DNA of 64,000 nucleotides from Nannocystis sp. (GTDB lineage Bacteria; Myxococcota_A; Polyangia; Nannocystales; Nannocystaceae): NCBI RefSeq assembly GCF_016714285.1, contig NZ_JADJNN010000012.1, positions 90,040 to 154,039 of the forward strand, read 5' to 3'. Shown piece by piece: positions 59,255 to 64,000 of this stretch (position 1 is its first letter; each line of letters starts with the position of its first letter). The notes under the pieces were generated by a model. It saw only the letters and a program-made list of their open reading frames with translations, ran no database searches and was not told where the DNA came from. The position numbers and the translations under genes were made by a program.

Positions 59255-61759
59255 ATGAATGGTTGGCGATTGGGTTGGAGTATCGGTGGGATGTTCGTGC
59301 TCGGGGCGGCGCTGGCGGGCTGTGGCGACGATGGGTCGGGCAGCGGCGGATCGGGCAGTGACAGCAACACAGGGACCGGCGGGCTGGCGAGCACCGGCGC
59401 TGCGAGTGAGCCGACGACCAGCGGCTCGCCGCCGACCAGCGGCGGCCCGACCAGCACCGGCGGCAGCGGCAGCGACAGCGTCTCGACCACGGGTGGCCCG
59501 AGCGACCCGACGCTGACCACCGGCGGCTCGCTCACCGAAGTCAGCGTCAGCGCCAGCGACACCAGCACGAGCGATCCAGGCGGCAGCAGCACCGGCGGCG
59601 CCGATCTGTGCGAGGGCGGCACGCTCTGCGGGCAGGTGGCGATGTGCTGTCCCGCGGGCAACGAGTGCGTCGACGACAAGTGCCTGCCCGCGTGTGCGAG
59701 CGAGGTCCGCTGCGGCCCCGACCTCGCCGTCTGCTGCGACGACGGCGAGGTGTGCTCGGGCGACCTCTGCGTGCTGCCGGGCAAGGACTGCGTCGACTCC
59801 TACGACTGCGAGCCCGGCGAGTACTGCGAGCAGACCCTGAACAAGTGCCTGCCGCAGCCCGACCCGCTGACCTGCGAGCTGATCCCGAGCTTCGACATGA
59901 TCACCGCGGTGCCCGAGTGGTCGTGGATCGATCAGGAGGTCATCTCGAGCCCGGCGGTCGCCGACCTCGACGCCGACGGCACCCCCGAGGTCGTCGTCAA
60001 CGTGACCAAGTACAAGGTCAACGACTTCACGATCGGCGCCGTCGCCGTGCTCGACGGCAAGACCGGCGCGCTCAAGTTCATCATCGACCACGACCCCAAC
60101 AAGCAGCAGTACGGCTCGCAGGGCCGCAGCACCCTCGCGGTCGGCGACGTCAGCGGCGACGCCCTGCCTGACATTGTCTACGCTGGCCGTGAGAGCGGCG
60201 GCAAGAGCCCGCTGCACGCCGTCGATCACACCGGCAAGTGGCTGTGGACCGCGCACAATGCCAACAACCAGGCCGTCACCACCGGCGTCGCCAACGGCGG
60301 CGCCACGCTGGCCAACTTCGACGGTGACCTGCAGGCCGAGGTCGTGTTCGGCGCCAGCCTGATCGATCACGACGGCCTCGTCGTGTGGAACCTGAACAAC
60401 AACGGCGGGTTGGTCGGGGCGCCAGGCGGCTACCCTGGCGGGCTGTCGTCGGTCGCCGATCTCGACGGCGACGGCAAGCCGGAGATCGTCAGCGGCAAGC
60501 AGGCGTGGAAGGTCGACTGGACCCCGGGCAACCCGCCGGTCGTCAAGGTGACCGAGCTCTGGAACAACCTCGACGGCACCGACGGCTGGCCGGCGATCGC
60601 CGATCTCGACGGCAACAGCACGCCGGAGGTCATCCTCGCGGCCAGCGGCAAGGTGCGGGTGCTCGACGGCAAGACCGGCAAGCTGTGGTGCGGCGTCGAT
60701 CCCAGCGGCGTGATGTGTGACAACAACAACGCCCTGCGCACCCAGCCGCTGACGATCCCCGGCGGCGGCCTCGGGGGTCCGCCGACGATCGCCGACTTCG
60801 ACGGCGACGGGAAGCCGGAGCTGGCGATCGCCGCGGCCGCGGCCTACACGGTCTTCGATCTCAACCGCATGGGCGAGGAGATCGTCAAGCCGAACGCCGA
60901 CCCGGTGCCCAAGGCCGGCGCCATCTTCCGCCGCTGGTCGCAGGTGACGCAGGACCAGTCCTCCAACGTGACAGGGTCGTCCGTGTTCGACTTCCAGGGC
61001 GACGGCGCGGCCGAGGTCACCTACAACGACGAGTGCTACTCGCGCGTGTACTCGGGCAGCGACGGCAAGGTGTTGCTGCAGATCGAGAACTCGAGCTCGA
61101 CGATCCACGAGTACCCGCTGGTGGTCGACGCCGACGCCGACGGCAACTCGGAGATCCTCATCGTCGCCAACCTCGTCGGGTCCTGCACCGCGCCGGGCTA
61201 CAAGGCGCGCAAGGGCGTGTTCCTCTACGGCGACAAGGGCGACGGCTGGGTCCCGACGCGTCGGGTGTGGACGCAGCACACCTACCACGTCAGCAACGCC
61301 GGCTCGGACGGCAACGTGCCTGACGTCGAGGTCGACAACTGGGGCGTCAAGGGCCTCAACAACTACCGCCAGAACGTCCAGGGCGAGGGCGTGTTCAACG
61401 CCCCCGACCTCACCGTGCAGCTGGCGATCGGGCTCGTGAACTGTCCGGCCGAGCTCGAGCTCATCGCCACCGTGCGCAACGAGGGCGCCCTCGGCGTGCC
61501 CGCGGGCGTCGACGTCGACTTCTACGCCGGCACCGACGCGACCGGCATGCTGCTCGGCTCCGCCGTCACCGCCAAGGCGCTGCTGCCCGGCGGATCGACC
61601 AAGGTCAAGCTGCTGGTCCCGGCGCCTGCCGAGGGCCAGACGCAGGACTATTACGTCGAGGTCGACAAGGCGAGCGAGGGCGACGGCGCGATCCTCGAGT
61701 GCAACGAGGACAACAACGGCGGCCAGACCACCATGGCCGCGTGCCCCAAGCCCGGGTGA
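59255..61759 (+). CDS. FG-GAP/VCBS-repeat (beta-propeller) lipoprotein with Cys-rich module and C-terminal CARDB-like domain
   Basis: MNGWRLGWSIGGMFVLGAALAGCG has a lipobox, followed by a Gly/Ser/Thr linker, a Cys-rich region (CPAGNECVDDKCLPAC...) and many DLDGDGxPE FG-GAP units. 834 aa. Confidence 0.75.
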   Translation: MNGWRLGWSIGGMFVLGAALAGCGDDGSGSGGSGSDSNTGTGGLASTGAASEPTTSGSPPTSGGPTSTGGSGSDSVSTTGGPSDPTLTTGGSLTEVSVSASDTSTSDPGGSSTGGADLCEGGTLCGQVAMCCPAGNECVDDKCLPACASEVRCGPDLAVCCDDGEVCSGDLCVLPGKDCVDSYDCEPGEYCEQTLNKCLPQPDPLTCELIPSFDMITAVPEWSWIDQEVISSPAVADLDADGTPEVVVNVTKYKVNDFTIGAVAVLDGKTGALKFIIDHDPNKQQYGSQGRSTLAVGDVSGDALPDIVYAGRESGGKSPLHAVDHTGKWLWTAHNANNQAVTTGVANGGATLANFDGDLQAEVVFGASLIDHDGLVVWNLNNNGGLVGAPGGYPGGLSSVADLDGDGKPEIVSGKQAWKVDWTPGNPPVVKVTELWNNLDGTDGWPAIADLDGNSTPEVILAASGKVRVLDGKTGKLWCGVDPSGVMCDNNNALRTQPLTIPGGGLGGPPTIADFDGDGKPELAIAAAAAYTVFDLNRMGEEIVKPNADPVPKAGAIFRRWSQVTQDQSSNVTGSSVFDFQGDGAAEVTYNDECYSRVYSGSDGKVLLQIENSSSTIHEYPLVVDADADGNSEILIVANLVGSCTAPGYKARKGVFLYGDKGDGWVPTRRVWTQHTYHVSNAGSDGNVPDVEVDNWGVKGLNNYRQNVQGEGVFNAPDLTVQLAIGLVNCPAELELIATVRNEGALGVPAGVDVDFYAGTDATGMLLGSAVTAKALLPGGSTKVKLLVPAPAEGQTQDYYVEVDKASEGDGAILECNEDNNGGQTTMAACPKPG

Positions 61760-61765
61760 TCGATC

Positions 61766-62518
61766 CTAGGCGCGCCGGAGCTCGAGCATGAACAGCTCCT
61801 GCAGCGGCGGGCGGCGCTCGCCGTGGACCGCGGGGTCGTCGAGGCTGGACGGCACCGCCGCGATCTCGACGCGGCTGGTGAAGCCGCGGGCCTCGATCGC
61901 GTGCACCGCGACCTGCAGGTGCGGTCGACCCGGATCGGCGAGCAGCACCCGTGTGTTGGGCCCGCACAGCGCGTCCAGGGCCGGGCCGAGCGCGCCCGCC
62001 AGCTCGGCCTCGTAGAGCAGGTCGCTGCCGATCACGAGGTCGAGGGCCCCGAGCTGCTCGCGCATGGCCGCGAGCTCGGCCGGCGCGCGCCAGTCGAGCG
62101 CCCGGTACTCGATCGCCACCCCGTTGAGCGCCGCGTTGCCGGCGAGGAAGCCGGGCACGTCGGGGTGGCAGTCGCTGGCGATCACCCGCGCACCGAGCCG
62201 CGCCGCGACCAGCGCGGGCAGCCCGAGTCCGCAGCCGAGCTCGAGCACGACCTGTCCCGTGAGACAGCCCGGGCGATCCGCCGCCAGCGTCGCCAGCCAG
62301 CGCGCGAGCCCGCGGCCCGATGGCCACAGCGTCCCGAAGTAGGGTGTGAGCCGCAGGATCTCCGCCGCGTCCACACCGCGCTGACCGAGCGCCACGAGGT
62401 CGTCGAGCGCCTCGTCGATGCTGGCGAGGATGTCGAGCGTCAGCGTCAGCGCCCCGACCTGCTCGCAGATCCGCCGCAGGCGATAGGCCACGCGGGCGCC
62501 CTGCAACGACCCGCTCAC
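61766..62518 (-). CDS. class I SAM-dependent methyltransferase (protein-lysine MT-like, Methyltransf_16-type)
   Basis: VLELGCGLGLPALVAARLGARVIASD is SAM motif I, and DLVIGSDLLYE is motif post-II. The GTG start overlaps the upstream TGA (GTGA). Confidence 0.75.
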   Translation of the reverse strand: MSGSLQGARVAYRLRRICEQVGALTLTLDILASIDEALDDLVALGQRGVDAAEILRLTPYFGTLWPSGRGLARWLATLAADRPGCLTGQVVLELGCGLGLPALVAARLGARVIASDCHPDVPGFLAGNAALNGVAIEYRALDWRAPAELAAMREQLGALDLVIGSDLLYEAELAGALGPALDALCGPNTRVLLADPGRPHLQVAVHAIEARGFTSRVEIAAVPSSLDDPAVHGERRPPLQELFMLELRRA

Positions 62519-63564
62519 GTCGCGCCCGCGTCCAGCGTGAGCACGACCTTGCCGAACTGCTCGCGGCGATCGAGGTAGCGCTGGGCCTCCGCCGCCTCGG
62601 CCAGCGGGAAGCAGCGGTCGACCACCGGACGCAGCGCGCCGCGGGCCATGAGCAGGACGATGCGGTGCAGATGCGCCTTGCTGCCCATGGTGCTGCCGAG
62701 CACCTGCAGCTGGCGGAAGAACACCTGGCGAAGGTCGGTCACCGCCGCGTGGCCCGAGCTCGCGCCGCAGGTGACGATCGTTCCGCCGCGTCGGGCCAGG
62801 CGCAGGCTCGCCTCCCAGGTGGCCGCGCCGGTGTGCTCGAACACCACGTCGACGCCGCGCTTGCCGACCGGCGCCAGCGCGCGCACCTGCTTCTCCCAGT
62901 CGGGCGCGTCGCTGCGGACCGTGAACTCTGCCCCGAGCTCGCGGGCCCGCGCCAGCTTGGCCTCGCTGCTGGCCAGGGCGATGACGCGGGCGCCGTGCAG
63001 CCGCGCGATCTGCAGCCCGGCCACGCCGACGCCGCTGCCGACCGCGTGGATTAGCACCAGCTGGCCCGGTCCGACCTGGGCGCGCACGGTCAGCATCTGC
63101 CACGCGGTCAGGAAGGTGAGGGGCGCGGCGGCGGCGGTGATCGTGTCGAGGCACTCGGGCCTGGCCAGCAGGTTCGCCGCCGGCACCAGGACCCGCTCCG
63201 CGTAGCCGCCCGGCGCCGTCTCGCCGAGGATCCGGTACTGCGGGCACAGGTTGTCCCAGCCCGAGAGGCACGCCTCACATGTCCCGCAGGACAGGCCCGG
63301 ATTGACGAGCACGGCGCGCCCGAGCCAGGCCGCGTCGACCCCGGCGCCGAGCGATTCGACCACCCCGGCGATGTCGCTGCCCAGCACGTGCGGCAACGGC
63401 AGCCTGCTGCCCGGTAGCCCGTTGCGGACCCACAGGTCGAGGCGGTTGAGCGCGCAGGCGTGCACGCGGACGACCACCTGGCCGGGGCCGGCGACCGGGT
63501 CAGGGAGCTCGGTGAGGACCAGTTGCTCCGGTCCGCCGTGGGCGTGGAAGACGACGGCGCGCAT
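62515..63564 (-). CDS. zinc-binding alcohol dehydrogenase / quinone oxidoreductase (MDR superfamily)
   Basis: 349 aa with an N-terminal GroES-like region (structural-Zn Cys cluster CGTCEAC) and a Rossmann motif AVGSGVGVAGLQIARLHGARV. Confidence 0.85.
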   Translation of the reverse strand: MRAVVFHAHGGPEQLVLTELPDPVAGPGQVVVRVHACALNRLDLWVRNGLPGSRLPLPHVLGSDIAGVVESLGAGVDAAWLGRAVLVNPGLSCGTCEACLSGWDNLCPQYRILGETAPGGYAERVLVPAANLLARPECLDTITAAAAPLTFLTAWQMLTVRAQVGPGQLVLIHAVGSGVGVAGLQIARLHGARVIALASSEAKLARARELGAEFTVRSDAPDWEKQVRALAPVGKRGVDVVFEHTGAATWEASLRLARRGGTIVTCGASSGHAAVTDLRQVFFRQLQVLGSTMGSKAHLHRIVLLMARGALRPVVDRCFPLAEAAEAQRYLDRREQFGKVVLTLDAGAT

Positions 63565-63568
63565 GGCT

Positions 63569-64000
63569 TCAGGACGGGCTTTGGGACGGGCTTTGGGACG
63601 GGCTTTGGGACGGGCTTTGGGACGGGCTGTTGGCGGCGGCGAAGTTGAGCGCCGCGAAGTCGCGGACGAGGTCGTTGTACTCGCGGACGGCCTCGCCGAT
63701 GTCGCCGGCGCGGGCCTTGTTGTCCTGCAGGCCCGCGCGCAGGGCGTCGGCGGAGCTGCGGTATTCCCCGAGGCTGGCGACGAACTGGCTCATCCAGAAC
63801 ACCTTCGCCGCGGCGGCCGGGTCGGCGTCGTGGACCGCCATGAACGCCTTGTGGGCCTGCTCGAAGGGCGTGTAGAGCCCCGCGCAGATCTTGGCCGTGA
63901 TCTCGTCGTGGTCGCCGAGGCAGCGCACGTAGGGCCGGGCCGCGCGCATCATGTCGCGCGCGTGCCACTCGAGGCCTTTTCCGCTGCGGCGTTCGACCTC
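63569..64000 (-). CDS. hypothetical protein ending in (SPSQ)5 repeat; 5' end may extend beyond window
   Basis: The ORF is open to the window edge. The C-terminus NSPSQSPSQSPSQSPSQSPS* is encoded by five copies of a 12-bp tandem repeat (GTCCCAAAGCCC on the minus strand). Its stop lies 4 nt before the QOR ATG. Confidence 0.5.
   Translation of the reverse strand, partial: EVERRSGKGLEWHARDMMRAARPYVRCLGDHDEITAKICAGLYTPFEQAHKAFMAVHDADPAAAAKVFWMSQFVASLGEYRSSADALRAGLQDNKARAGDIGEAVREYNDLVRDFAALNFAAANSPSQSPSQSPSQSPSQSPS
63571..63630. repeat. 5 x 12-bp tandem repeat (GGGCTTTGGGAC)
   Basis: Read directly from the sequence. It encodes (SPSQ)n on the minus strand. Confidence 0.9.

Overview
This is a 64-kb chromosomal window (roughly 70% GC) from a Myxococcota-type genome. 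The taxonomic call is an inference from a MYXO-CTERM sorting tail on an OmpA-family protein, many lipoproteins with Thr/Ser/Gly-rich linkers, FG-GAP/ASPIC surface proteins, and Ser/Thr kinase plus PP2C content. It is densely coding, with about 50 genes, mostly housekeeping and envelope functions: lhr helicase, gcvP, murG, thrC, tyrS, prfA, zapA, queF, moeA, rluA, tatA, an MltD-like lytic transglycosylase, two LolC/E-family permeases, and an NsrR / truncated-haemoglobin / ferredoxin-reductase NO-detoxification module. I found no rRNA, tRNA or CRISPR array. The most interesting locus is a B12-binding radical SAM enzyme immediately followed by a small secreted protein carrying two copies of a Cys/Trp/Asp motif (5248..7390); this is a candidate undescribed post-translational-modification (RiPP-like) pair. 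Second is a DUF4157 (zincin-like) polymorphic-toxin-like locus whose C-terminal module has atypically low GC. At least four genes are interrupted by single-base indels in short G/C homopolymers (STK, FG-GAP/ASPIC, TSP3 lipoprotein, and a Cys-rich gene upstream of DUF4157), and two more junctions look the same. That pattern points to homopolymer indel errors in the assembly rather than real pseudogenes. Other notable structures: two 15-16-nt poly-G/C tracts inside coding regions, a uORF created by a 28-bp duplication and chained by GTGA overlaps between mltD and moeA, and several tandem repeat arrays (13-bp intergenic, 78-bp x2 promoter-proximal, 12-bp coding for (SPSQ)n, 37-bp x3 copying a gene's 3' end).
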